A stretch of 64,000 nt of DNA from Bacilli bacterium. GTDB lineage: Bacteria > Bacillota_I > Bacilli_A > RFN20 > CAG-826. The notes below the pieces were generated by a model. The model saw only the letters and a list, made by a program, of their open reading frames with translations. It ran no database searches and was not told the DNA's origin. The stretch is from the NCBI GenBank assembly GCA_024408085.1, contig JAKSVH010000006.1, positions 4,740 through 68,739 of the forward strand. Direction: 5' to 3'. The position numbers and the translations under genes were made by a program. Shown here piece by piece: positions 33,273 through 42,862 of the stretch. How positions within the stretch are numbered: position 1 is the first letter of the stretch; each line of letters starts with the position of its first letter.

Positions 33273-34555
33273 GCAACTTTTTCTTTTGTAATTTCTCCAG
33301 CTTTTGTTAATGAAATCTTTGTAATTACTGGTCCAACCAATTCATAAACAATGGTGGCTGTAAGTATTACTGCAAGTACAAGTGATGCTTCTTTTTGATA
33401 GCCGAGGTTTGCAAATGTTTGATTTGCTGTTGTGGCTAATCCAATAGCAACGCCAGCTTGAGGGAATAAGGTAAACCCTAAGTATTTTTGAACTGTTGGT
33501 TCAGCGTGTGTAGCTTTGCTAGCCGCAAATGAACCAGTCCATTTGCCAACACATCTCATAATGATATAAACAAGTGCTATTATTACAACTAGAAGTGCAT
33601 CTTTTGAAGCAAAGATTGTAATGTCTAAGCTTGCACCCGAAATAACAAAGAAAAGCATGTAAAGTGGTGGTGTTATTGCGTCAATACGTTCAATAACCCT
33701 ACCTGCATCGCTTCTCATATTGATAAACATTGCGCCAATCATCATACAGGAAAGTAATGAAGAGAAGGTAAAGTCAACGCCAAACATTTTCCATTGTTTA
33801 GAAACTGCAAGCATTGATAGACCAACAACGACAAAAACAGCACAAATAACCATGATTGATCGATTGGCTCTAGAATGGAATAATTTGCAACCAAGTGCTA
33901 CTAAAATGCCTAAAACAGTCCCTAAACCTAAGGAAACAAGAATTTCAATTAGAGGTACAATAAGTACTTCCATTACAGAAACAGAAGTTCCACCTGCAAG
34001 TGATTTTGAAAGTGAAAATAATACTGCAAATGCTATTAAAGCAACTGCATCATCGAATGCAACAACAGGAACTAGAGTGTCAACAACTGGTCCTCTAGCT
34101 TTATATTGTTTAATGACCATAAGTGTTGCAGCTGGTGCAGTTGCACAAGCAATTGCCCCTAAAGTTAAAACTAAAGAAATTGGTAATTGATCTTTTAAGA
34201 AAATATAAGCAATAAATAAACCAGCTATAGTGAAGATTGCGCCACCTAAGGCCTCACATATGGTGATTATAATGACTCTTTTGCCTACACGAGAGAGTGC
34301 ATCTTTTTTAAATGAACAGCCGATGGTGAACGCAATAAAGCCTAGTGCTATTTCGCTTATCCACTTAATTGCAGATAAAGAAGTAGCGCTATCTTCAGCA
34401 CTCCATCCACCAATAAATTTGCCTAAAACAAAAGGTCCAAAAATGATTCCAGCAATAAGATAACCTGTAACATTAGGCAACTTTAAAAGTTTCATTAAAC
34501 GTGAGCTTAATAAACCAACTAAAAGAGCTAATGCTATACAAAGAATTTGATTCAT
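33269..34555 (-). CDS. Cation:proton antiporter (Na_H_Exchanger/CPA family), no RCK domain
   Basis: The 428-aa polytopic protein has N-terminus LKLPNVTGYLIAGIIFGP, typical of CPA1/CPA2 exchangers. Confidence 0.7.
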   Translation of the reverse strand: MNQILCIALALLVGLLSSRLMKLLKLPNVTGYLIAGIIFGPFVLGKFIGGWSAEDSATSLSAIKWISEIALGFIAFTIGCSFKKDALSRVGKRVIIITICEALGGAIFTIAGLFIAYIFLKDQLPISLVLTLGAIACATAPAATLMVIKQYKARGPVVDTLVPVVAFDDAVALIAFAVLFSLSKSLAGGTSVSVMEVLIVPLIEILVSLGLGTVLGILVALGCKLFHSRANRSIMVICAVFVVVGLSMLAVSKQWKMFGVDFTFSSLLSCMMIGAMFINMRSDAGRVIERIDAITPPLYMLFFVISGASLDITIFASKDALLVVIIALVYIIMRCVGKWTGSFAASKATHAEPTVQKYLGFTLFPQAGVAIGLATTANQTFANLGYQKEASLVLAVILTATIVYELVGPVITKISLTKAGEITKEKVA

Positions 34556-34558
34556 GAA

Positions 34559-34891
34559 TTAGAAACTGCCTTCGTAGCTTTCGATTGGGGTAGCAAACAT
34601 TCCGCCTTTTACTAAAGTAAAGTTCTTAGTAAATTCGCGAATATTTTCTTGAACTTCTTTCAATTCAGCATCTTCTAAAATGAAATAGATTGTGGTGTTG
34701 TGCACAAACTTATTTTCGCTGAGATGTGCAAGTGAAAAGAATGATGGAGTATCTTCTTCTTCGTCATGAATGACGTGTTTTAAAGAAGTGGATGATAAGA
34801 CGGTTCCATTAAATCCAAGTTCTGAAAGCTTGTGAATTAGATCGTGAGTTTCGCTTTTATTGTCTAGAACAACAAATAATAAATGCTTCAT
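34559..34891 (-). CDS. Small P-II-like (GlnB/DarA-fold) putative regulatory protein
   Basis: The start was trimmed to the ATG with a GAGG RBS. The protein is 110 aa. Its predicted pattern is beta1 MKHLLFVVL, alpha1 ETHDLIHKLSELG, beta2 GTVLSS, an acidic loop, beta3 TTIYFILE, alpha2 AELKEVQENIREF and beta4 GGMFATPIE. The call rests on fold-level resemblance only. Confidence 0.35.
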   Translation of the reverse strand: MKHLLFVVLDNKSETHDLIHKLSELGFNGTVLSSTSLKHVIHDEEEDTPSFFSLAHLSENKFVHNTTIYFILEDAELKEVQENIREFTKNFTLVKGGMFATPIESYEGSF

Positions 34892-35082
34892 TTTTGTAGC
34901 CTCGTTATTAAGTATTATATTCTTATTAATTGCTTTTAGCAATTCTTTTAATAAATAAGTAATTACCTATTATGATTATTAGTATTTATTTTTAAACAAA
35001 TTGTATAAAAAATAAATTCTTGGTTGTTATATTTTTCAATTAGTGTATATTATTGTTTACTTCGTAAGGAGGGTCGATAGCT

Positions 35083-38000
35083 ATGCTAGAACTTAAGAAT
35101 ATTGTAAAAGACTACGTTAGCGGTAATAACGTTACTCATGCACTTAAGGGAATTTCTGTTAACTTCAGAAAGAACGAATTCGTTTCAATCTTAGGCGCAT
35201 CTGGCTGTGGTAAAACAACCACATTAAACATCATCGGTGGACTTGATCGTTATACATCAGGTGATTTAATTATTAACGGTAAATCTACAAAAAATTACAC
35301 TGATAGAGATTGGGATACATACCGCAACCATTCAATTGGTTTTATTTTCCAAACTTATAACTTAATTGGTCACCAAAATATTCTTAAAAACGTCGAATTA
35401 GCACTTACTATCTCTGGAGTCGGCAAAGCCGAACGTAGAGCTAGAGCCCTCGAAGCCTTAAAGAAAGTTGGTCTTGAAGGCATGGAGAAGAAAAAGCCAA
35501 ATCAACTCTCTGGTGGACAATGCCAAAGGGTTGCTATTGCTCGTGCTTTAGTTAACAATCCAGAAATCCTTCTCGCAGACGAACCAACTGGTGCTTTGGA
35601 TTCTGAAACATCAGTTCAAATCATGGATCTTTTAAAAGAGGTTGCAGCAGATAGACTCGTTATCATGGTTACCCATAACCCTGATTTAGCTTATAAATAT
35701 TCAACACGTATTATCAAAATGAGCGACGGCGTTTTAATTGACGACTCCATGCCATTTGACGGAAAAGAAGAAACCAAATCTGCAGATGTTGTAGAGGAAG
35801 TGGCTCCAGAAAGTAATGAGTGTAGTAAAGGTAAAAAGAAAAGAACCTCAATGTCATTACTTACAGCAACTGGTCTTTCACTTTCAAACTTAAAATCAAA
35901 AATGAAAAGAACCGTTCTTGTTACTATTGCAGGATCAATTGGTATTATTGGCGTTTCTGCAGTTTTATCAGTTTCAAAAGGTGTTAAAGAGTTCATTGGT
36001 GAAATGCAAAACGATATGCTTAGTGCTTATCCAGTTCAAATTTCTGAACAATCTGTTGATATGACATCATTAATGAGTGGTTTAAACGCACAAGATGCAA
36101 AAGAACACTTTGTCTTTGATGAAGAAGATCCAAAAATTGGTGTTGATTCAATGATTAACTATTTAATGACAGCTTATAGCGACATTACAAAGGTTAAAAC
36201 AAATACAATTGATAAGAAATTAGTTTCATATGTTGATTCAATTCCTCAAGACTCAGTAGCAGTTATAACTAAAAACTATGCTATTGATCCAACAAATAAC
36301 ATTTTTGGTGCATGGAAAGATGATTCTTTGGTTCCAGCAGGTGAAAAAGCTGAAGACCATCCAGAATTAGTCAAAAACAGACACATGTCATTTAATGGTT
36401 TAACTCAAAGATACATTGCTGAGCTTAAGACTGTTAAAGAATTTAGCGCATACGCATCATACGTCGATTTATTTACTGGTTTCATGAAAAAAATGCCAAA
36501 CAATAATGATTATATTAATTCACAATACGACGTTCTTGCTGGCGATACTTTAAATCCTGGAAGAGATGATTTAGTTCTTGTTGTTGATAAAAACACAACA
36601 TTAACTGATCTCGTTCTGGCTCAAATAGGTGTTTTTAATCATAACGAATTCTTAAATATTGCTAACTGTGCTATTGAAGAAAACGAATACAAGAAAAAAC
36701 CAGAATACAATACAGATTCTCCAGAAGTCAGAAGACAAAAGATTGAAGATATTAGAAATGCTCACCCATATAGAAAAGAATTTAAGTATGAAGATTTAAT
36801 TGGTAGAGAGTTCACATATTTCCCGGAAAGCGAAATCTATGAAGACGAAACTGAAATCGCTACAGCTGAAAAAACTTATTCCGTTACATCAGTCATGATG
36901 AATGGCGGTGAAATGGAACGTTTAATCTATTTAAATTCACAAAAGATTGCAAATGTTAACGTCCTTTATGGTGTTACTGTTTATAAACATGAATCAGTTT
37001 GGGAGAGCGAACAAATTGCCGCTGTTTGTATGAATCCAACAATTCAAGCTGACGATGTTTCTAGTTTAACTGGCCTTTGGCTTGCTTTAGATGCCCAAGA
37101 CTTGATGAGTGTTGCATCTATGAGTGATGAGCAAAGAGCCGCATTCCTTCCAACACATTTAAAATTTGCTTTAAGTTTAAATCCTAATGGTGCTGGAAAT
37201 ATGTTCTTCCCAACATTTGAAAGTTTAACAACTTTTGCTGGCGTTAAACCTATCACTCCAGAATTTTCAACTCAAATCACCCCAATTAAAGGTTGTGCTT
37301 ACAATGCACAAGTTGATGATTCTTGGCTTACTAACATTGAAGCTCACAAAGGCAGAAAGATGAAAATCTCTGCTATCTTAAGACTTAGACCTGATAAACG
37401 CTTTGGATGCTTAGATAGAGGTTTATACTATACTTCAGCATTTTCTGACAGTTATATTCAAGACGCAAGTAGTGGTCTTGTCACTGGAAAAATGAAAGAT
37501 CATATTTCTAATCCCACAACAAGAGACACTGAATTTAAAGCATATGTTAAGTTTGATTACTTCAGTGATGAAACTAAAACTATGGTAACTGGTGGCTATG
37601 CATCATCATTAAATGGTGATTTATCAAGTTCTTTCTCTGATTTATTCTCCGGATTAACCGGTGTTAACTATAACGAAACTAACCAATTACATTTAAGATC
37701 ATTATCGGGTTTAAAAACAATTACTAATAAAGGCCCAGGAGATGCAACAACAATTACATTTGATAAGCTTCCAAAATCAATTTCTATTTATCCAAAATCA
37801 TTTGGAGATAAAGATGTAATTACAAAACACTTGGATAGATGGAACGAAGATGTTGAGATTACCGTTAATGTTGACGGAACAGACATTAAATTAGCAAAGA
37901 ATCAACGTGATGAATTGTCATATACCGACACTATTCAAATAATTGTTACAGTTATTACAACATTAATTGACGCTATTACAATTGCACTTGTTGTCTTCAC

Positions 38001-38376
38001 ATCACTCTCATTAGTGGTTAGCTGCTTCATGATTGCAGTTATTACATACATCTCAGTTGTTGAACGTATTAAAGAAATTGGCGTTATTCGTTCACTTGGT
38101 GGTCGTAAACGCGATGTTGCAAGCTTGTTCGTTATGGAAAACTTGTTAACAGGTTTATTCTCTGGATTGTTCGGTATTGCCTTTACATATGTTATTCAAA
38201 TCGTATTAAATGCTGCATTGTATGCTGCATATGGCGTTGTAATTGCACACTTCACAATTGGAACAGCTGCAATAATGGTTGGTGTTTCAGTACTCCTTAG
38301 CGTATTAAGTGGTGCTATTCCATCACAAAGTGCTGCACATAAAGATCCAGTTGTTGCATTGCGCACAGCAGAATAA
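35083..38376 (+). CDS. Fused ABC transporter ATPase + large extracytoplasmic domain + FtsX/MacB-type permease
   Basis: GGAGGG RBS is present. Motifs are Walker A GASGCGKTT, signature LSGGQCQRV and Walker B LLADEPT. There is a TM segment near aa 280, a soluble region of about 650 aa, and a C-terminal FtsX-like 3-TM module (IGVIRSLGGRKRDV). Confidence 0.8.
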   Translation: MLELKNIVKDYVSGNNVTHALKGISVNFRKNEFVSILGASGCGKTTTLNIIGGLDRYTSGDLIINGKSTKNYTDRDWDTYRNHSIGFIFQTYNLIGHQNILKNVELALTISGVGKAERRARALEALKKVGLEGMEKKKPNQLSGGQCQRVAIARALVNNPEILLADEPTGALDSETSVQIMDLLKEVAADRLVIMVTHNPDLAYKYSTRIIKMSDGVLIDDSMPFDGKEETKSADVVEEVAPESNECSKGKKKRTSMSLLTATGLSLSNLKSKMKRTVLVTIAGSIGIIGVSAVLSVSKGVKEFIGEMQNDMLSAYPVQISEQSVDMTSLMSGLNAQDAKEHFVFDEEDPKIGVDSMINYLMTAYSDITKVKTNTIDKKLVSYVDSIPQDSVAVITKNYAIDPTNNIFGAWKDDSLVPAGEKAEDHPELVKNRHMSFNGLTQRYIAELKTVKEFSAYASYVDLFTGFMKKMPNNNDYINSQYDVLAGDTLNPGRDDLVLVVDKNTTLTDLVLAQIGVFNHNEFLNIANCAIEENEYKKKPEYNTDSPEVRRQKIEDIRNAHPYRKEFKYEDLIGREFTYFPESEIYEDETEIATAEKTYSVTSVMMNGGEMERLIYLNSQKIANVNVLYGVTVYKHESVWESEQIAAVCMNPTIQADDVSSLTGLWLALDAQDLMSVASMSDEQRAAFLPTHLKFALSLNPNGAGNMFFPTFESLTTFAGVKPITPEFSTQITPIKGCAYNAQVDDSWLTNIEAHKGRKMKISAILRLRPDKRFGCLDRGLYYTSAFSDSYIQDASSGLVTGKMKDHISNPTTRDTEFKAYVKFDYFSDETKTMVTGGYASSLNGDLSSSFSDLFSGLTGVNYNETNQLHLRSLSGLKTITNKGPGDATTITFDKLPKSISIYPKSFGDKDVITKHLDRWNEDVEITVNVDGTDIKLAKNQRDELSYTDTIQIIVTVITTLIDAITIALVVFTSLSLVVSCFMIAVITYISVVERIKEIGVIRSLGGRKRDVASLFVMENLLTGLFSGLFGIAFTYVIQIVLNAALYAAYGVVIAHFTIGTAAIMVGVSVLLSVLSGAIPSQSAAHKDPVVALRTAE

Positions 38377-38400
38377 AAGAAAAAGGGCAATGCCCTAATT

Positions 38401-38979
38401 CTATAAATAATTAACCATAAGCCCGATAATTGCGGACATAATAATGATCGCAATTGGTCCGGGCTTTTTCTTTAATATTATTTTTAATAAGAAATAACCA
38501 GCCACAGTTAATACAAAAATCTTAATTGCAGTGAATTGTGGCGCAAAACTAATTGTTCCGCTTTCAACCTTATATGGGAATAAAACATCAGCGAGTAATG
38601 TAATTGCAGAAGAGCAAATAAGTGCAATAGCTACACCCTTAATGCCACCTAATGCACCTTGAACGTATTTATTTTTCATAAATCTCTTTAATAAAATTGA
38701 GATTAAAAGCATGATGAGGAAGGATGGCAAAACAACACCCAATGTTGCAATTGCAGCGCCACCAATACCAGCTTGTGTGGATCCGATGTATGTAGCCATA
38801 TTAATTGCAATAGGGCCAGGTGTAACTTCTGAAACACCAATCATATTTAAGAATTGAGATTCATTGAGCCAGTTGTACTTTAAAACAACCTCTTTAATAA
38901 GCGGAATCATTGCGTATCCGCCACCAAAGGTGAATAAGCCAATCTTAAGGAATTCTAAGAACAATTGGAGGTAAATCAT
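38401..38979 (-). CDS. Chromate transporter family protein (half-size CHR, C-terminal-type)
   Basis: LKIGLFTFGGGYAMIPL and SEVTPGPIAINMATYIG motifs are present. It overlaps its upstream partner by 4 nt. Confidence 0.75.
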   Translation of the reverse strand: MIYLQLFLEFLKIGLFTFGGGYAMIPLIKEVVLKYNWLNESQFLNMIGVSEVTPGPIAINMATYIGSTQAGIGGAAIATLGVVLPSFLIMLLISILLKRFMKNKYVQGALGGIKGVAIALICSSAITLLADVLFPYKVESGTISFAPQFTAIKIFVLTVAGYFLLKIILKKKPGPIAIIIMSAIIGLMVNYL

Positions 38980-39563
38980 TTTTTGCCTCCTTTTCTTCTA
39001 GGAATAACTCCATAGATAAGTAAACCTATAACAGCACCAAGTAAGATGAAATAAATTGCAGAGAAGTCAATTGCAAATACTGTAAACAAAACCATTGCAA
39101 TCGTAACAATAACTAAAGTTAAAATTAGGAACAAATCCTTTTTGGTGCCTTTAATTAAGGTATAAGAGACCTTGAGTAATAAGAAAACAACACCTGCTTT
39201 AATACCCATAAATGCGTACTGTATGGCTTCTGCAGCTAGAATTTTCTCTAAAAATAAGGAGATGCAGAACATAAGAACAAAAGGAGTGATTACAACTCCT
39301 AGTGTTGCAAGTAGTGCACCTAAAAATCCGCAACGTTTATAACCTAAATAGGTTGCAAGGTTAATTGCAATTGGTCCTGGAGTAGATTCGCTGATAGCTG
39401 TCATCTCCATTAATTCATCGTTATCAATCCAATGTTTTCTTTCAACAAGTTCATCTTGTAACAAAGTTAACATTGTTGTTCCGCCACCAATAGAAAAGAT
39501 TCCTAGTTTGAAGAAGACTAGGAAGGTTTGTAACAGATCTTTAGCAGAAAACTTGGCTTTCAT
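38976..39563 (-). CDS. Chromate transporter family protein (half-size CHR, N-terminal-type)
   Basis: FKLGIFSIGGGTTMLTL and SESTPGPIAINLATYLG motifs are present. The start was chosen at MKAKFS (39563). The longer track start 39632 would overlap the divergent NUDIX gene. Confidence 0.65.
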   Translation of the reverse strand: MKAKFSAKDLLQTFLVFFKLGIFSIGGGTTMLTLLQDELVERKHWIDNDELMEMTAISESTPGPIAINLATYLGYKRCGFLGALLATLGVVITPFVLMFCISLFLEKILAAEAIQYAFMGIKAGVVFLLLKVSYTLIKGTKKDLFLILTLVIVTIAMVLFTVFAIDFSAIYFILLGAVIGLLIYGVIPRRKGGKK

Positions 39564-39609
39564 AATTGTGATTATAGCATAATTCAAGAATAATGCTAAA
39601 ATATATGCC

Positions 39610-40131
39610 ATGGAACCATTATTCAAGTTCAAAGATGATCAATACATGTTCAAAGGAATTACTCACACTCGTGAAATAGTTCGCGCTATTTTAATTGACG
39701 AGAACAATAACGTTTGTATTGAAAAGATTGTTGATGATGATGGCTTTGGTCCAAGAGACTACTATGAAACCCCTGGTGGAGGCATTAAACCAGGTGAAAC
39801 TCACGAACAAGCTTTGCACCGAGAAATTGAAGAAGAAGTAGGTTACAAATGTGAAGTCCTTTCTCCTTTAGGAGAAGTTGATGATTATTACAATTTAATT
39901 TATCGTAAAAATCACAACTATTTCTACCTAGTAAAAAGACTTGAAAAAGCAGAACAACATCTTGAACCAGATGAAGCTATTAGAATTAACAAAATTATGT
40001 GGGTTCCAATTGATGAAGCAATCAAACTTTATGAGAATATGCAAAACGTTCTTGTTGGAAAGATTGTTAAGCAAAGAGAATTACCTATTCTAAAACTTGC
40101 TAAAACTGCTTTACAAAGTAAATCAAAATAG
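39610..40131 (+). CDS. NUDIX hydrolase
   Basis: Nudix box is GGGIKPGETHEQALHREIEEEVGY. Confidence 0.75.
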   Translation: MEPLFKFKDDQYMFKGITHTREIVRAILIDENNNVCIEKIVDDDGFGPRDYYETPGGGIKPGETHEQALHREIEEEVGYKCEVLSPLGEVDDYYNLIYRKNHNYFYLVKRLEKAEQHLEPDEAIRINKIMWVPIDEAIKLYENMQNVLVGKIVKQRELPILKLAKTALQSKSK

Positions 40132-40153
40132 GTATTATATTTGTCGCTGACCT

Positions 40154-40231
40154 GGCGAGTGTGGTGAAGAGGCCAAACACAACCGGCTGTGAACCGGTCA
40201 TTCGTGAGTTCGAATCTCATCACTCGCCCCA
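40154..40231 (+). tRNA. tRNA-His (anticodon GTG) with encoded G-1
   Basis: An extra 5-prime G opposite discriminator C precedes acceptor GCGAGTG...CACTCGC. The anticodon arm is ACCGG-CTGTGAA-CCGGT and CCA is encoded. Confidence 0.9.
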
Positions 40232-40243
40232 TTTATAAAAAAA

Positions 40244-40268
40244 GAAATCCGAAAATTCGGATTTTTTT
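40244..40268 (+). terminator. Intrinsic terminator after tRNA-His
   Basis: AAATCCGAAAATTCGGATTT is followed by TTTTT. Confidence 0.65.
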
Positions 40269-40324
40269 CTTATTTTAATGGTTGTATAATATAAAAGATA
40301 AGTTTACTTACGGAGGATATTACT

Positions 40325-41527
40325 ATGTTATTAGATAGATTTCTCAAATATGTAAAAATTGATACAAAATCTGATCCAGATTCAAACACAACACCATCAA
40401 GCAAAAATCAATTTGATTTGCTTAATATTCTTGAAGATGAGTTAAAAGCTTTAGGAGTGAAGTGTGAATTAACAGAAACTGGACGTTTATATGCCTTTGT
40501 TCCAGGCAATGAAAAGTATGAAGCAGTTGGTTTGTGCGCACACGTAGACACTGCTCCTGATTTTAGCGGTACAAATGTAAATCCAAAAGTCATTAAGAAA
40601 TTTGATGGCAAGGATTTAACACTTGGCAAAACCGATAGAGTCCTTTCAATTAAAGAGTATCCAAAGCTTAAAAGAGCTATAAATAAGACATTAATTGTAA
40701 CCGATGGCACAACACTTCTTGGTGGAGATGATAAAGCTGGTGTTGCAATTATTATGGAAGTTATTGAAGAAGCTCTACGCATGAATGTTTATGAAAGACG
40801 TCCAATGTACATCTTGTTTACACCAGACGAAGAAATAGGCAGAGGCGCTGAAATATTCGATACATCTAAGTTTAAAGCGTCATTTGCTTATACATTTGAT
40901 GGCAGTGAGGCAGAAGTTGTTAACGTTGAAACATTCAATGCTAAGGCTGCTGAAATCCACATTACTGGTAAAGCAATCCACCCAGGAGACGCTAAAGGTG
41001 TAATGATTAATGCTGCAATGGTAGCAAATGAATTTATTTCAATGCTTCCAGCTAAGCTTGTTCCATCTAAAACAGAAGGCCATGAAGGCTTTAACCATTT
41101 ATCTTCAATAAGTGGCAGTGTAGAAGAAGCTCACATGCACTACATTCTTAGAAATCACGATGATAAGAAGCTTGCAAAACAAGAAAAACAATTCTTTGAA
41201 ATCACAGATAAACTTATTAAGAAACATCCAGGTGTTAAGATTGACCTTAAGATTTCAGATTCATATAAAAACATGCTAAGCGTTATTGTTGATAAGCCAG
41301 CATGTAAGAATCACATCGAAAAAGTGCTTAAGGACCTAGCTATTCCGTATGAATACGCTCCAATTAGGGGTGGAACAGATGGAACAACCTTCTCTTATAT
41401 GGGTTGTCCAACACCAAATTTAGGAACAGGTTCTTATAATCACCACGGTCCTTATGAGTATGCTATTTTAGAAGAAATGGAATTACTCGTTAAGATTGGT
41501 GTCCAAATCTTTAAAGTTTCAGAATAA
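40325..41527 (+). CDS. pepT: Peptidase T (tripeptide aminopeptidase, M20B)
   Basis: GGAGG RBS is present. N-terminus is MLLDRFLKYVKIDTKSDPDS, with motifs HVDTAPDFSG, GGDDKAG and TPDEEIG. The protein is 400 aa. Confidence 0.9.
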   Translation: MLLDRFLKYVKIDTKSDPDSNTTPSSKNQFDLLNILEDELKALGVKCELTETGRLYAFVPGNEKYEAVGLCAHVDTAPDFSGTNVNPKVIKKFDGKDLTLGKTDRVLSIKEYPKLKRAINKTLIVTDGTTLLGGDDKAGVAIIMEVIEEALRMNVYERRPMYILFTPDEEIGRGAEIFDTSKFKASFAYTFDGSEAEVVNVETFNAKAAEIHITGKAIHPGDAKGVMINAAMVANEFISMLPAKLVPSKTEGHEGFNHLSSISGSVEEAHMHYILRNHDDKKLAKQEKQFFEITDKLIKKHPGVKIDLKISDSYKNMLSVIVDKPACKNHIEKVLKDLAIPYEYAPIRGGTDGTTFSYMGCPTPNLGTGSYNHHGPYEYAILEEMELLVKIGVQIFKVSE

Positions 41528-42580
41528 TTTTGAAGCCATTAACTTCAATGAATCATCAGTTAAAATTTGATGCAAATCATTGAAGTTTTTTATTTGTGTA
41601 TTTTTATGATAGAAATAAATCTTATTTATTATGGTGTCGTTTTCGTTGCGCGATTGTTTGTAATCATCTTCAGTAAAGCCTTCAAGCCATTCTTCAAAGA
41701 TGGTTAGAGTTTGTCTTCTAAGCATTGCAAGTATGGAAGTTTCAATCCAGTAATCAAATTTAATGCCTGGGCGATACTTTTCTTTAGCTTTAAGCTTTAA
41801 ATAAAGCATTTCTCCATCACCAACGTTATGCCAAATGTCTGCGAAAACGTAATCATATTTTCTAGGAGAATCTTTAACGAAACTGATTGCGTCCCCAAAA
41901 ACAATTTCAATTTTGTCTTGGTTTGGGAATTTTGGAAGTAAGTATTTAATAAATAGATTAATGATTTTTCTATCGTTTTCTACAACGGTGATAGAAGTGA
42001 CATTTTTCTTTGAAGCAATGTTAAAAACGTAATAGCCTAGGCCTAAACCGAGCACAAGTACGTCGCCATGTGCATTTTCTATAGGCTTTTTCATCGTATT
42101 AATTTCATGAGGAATGATGCTCATCCAGATTTCGTCTTTTTGAGTTACAGCAAAAAATGGGAACTCATTTTCAAAATAAGAAATAGGCGTATGTTCTGCA
42201 AATGTTTCTTGATCAATCACTAATTCATTACTAACAAAACCTTCATATGGAGCATAAGAATAAGTTGAAAATTTCCAGTCGCCTTCTGAAGCTTTTATTT
42301 GACCAATTTTCTTGTAGTAAGAATCGTTTAAAAAAGTATTGGTATTAAGTTTAGAAATTTTATTCATTTTGCAGTTAGCAATAACTTTGTTATTAACTTG
42401 CTCAAGTTTGTTGAATTTTTCAAACCATTCAGCCTCTGATTTTGCAGTAGAAATTTCTCTAAAATTGTTAGTCAAATAATCATTGTAAAATTCAGCTGCT
42501 TCAATGTTAAATTCCTTAACCTCAAGAAGCTTTTTGCATTTTACTAATTCGGTTTTGCTAAGTTCAAAAATCATATGCAA
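41519..42580 (-). CDS. Class I SAM-dependent methyltransferase / spermidine-synthase-like fold protein
   Basis: Motif VLVLGLGLGYYVFNIA....ITVVENDRKIINLF....FGDA..F.....KYDYVFADIW is present. The TTG start at 42580 has an AGGA RBS at about 9 nt, and an ATG lies two codons later. Confidence 0.45.
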   Translation of the reverse strand: MHMIFELSKTELVKCKKLLEVKEFNIEAAEFYNDYLTNNFREISTAKSEAEWFEKFNKLEQVNNKVIANCKMNKISKLNTNTFLNDSYYKKIGQIKASEGDWKFSTYSYAPYEGFVSNELVIDQETFAEHTPISYFENEFPFFAVTQKDEIWMSIIPHEINTMKKPIENAHGDVLVLGLGLGYYVFNIASKKNVTSITVVENDRKIINLFIKYLLPKFPNQDKIEIVFGDAISFVKDSPRKYDYVFADIWHNVGDGEMLYLKLKAKEKYRPGIKFDYWIETSILAMLRRQTLTIFEEWLEGFTEDDYKQSRNENDTIINKIYFYHKNTQIKNFNDLHQILTDDSLKLMASKLF

Positions 42581-42733
42581 ATATTATAGTCCTTTTTGCG
42601 ATAATAGAATACAGTTATCTTTGTTTTTCCTTTAGCAATTAAACAAAGTTTCAGCAAAAAGAAATTGCAAATACGCGAGAAATACGCGATACTTAAATAG
42701 AACTTTGATAATAAATCAAAAGGAGCATTGTTT

Positions 42734-42862
42734 ATGAAAGAACAAAAATACGTTTGCAAAGTATGTGGCCAAACAGTTAAACCACTTCCAGATGGCAGCT
42801 GCCCAGTTTGTGGTGCACCAAGCGAAATGCTTATGCCAAAACCAGATCAGGACGAAGATTAA
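42734..42862 (+). CDS. Small zinc-ribbon/rubredoxin-like protein (42 aa), absent from the supplied ORF track
   Basis: AAAGGAG RBS is present. The sequence is MKEQKYVCKVCGQTVKPLPDGSCPVCGAPSEMLMPKPDQDED, with two CxxC pairs. Its stop overlaps the next start (TAATG). Confidence 0.5.
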   Translation: MKEQKYVCKVCGQTVKPLPDGSCPVCGAPSEMLMPKPDQDED

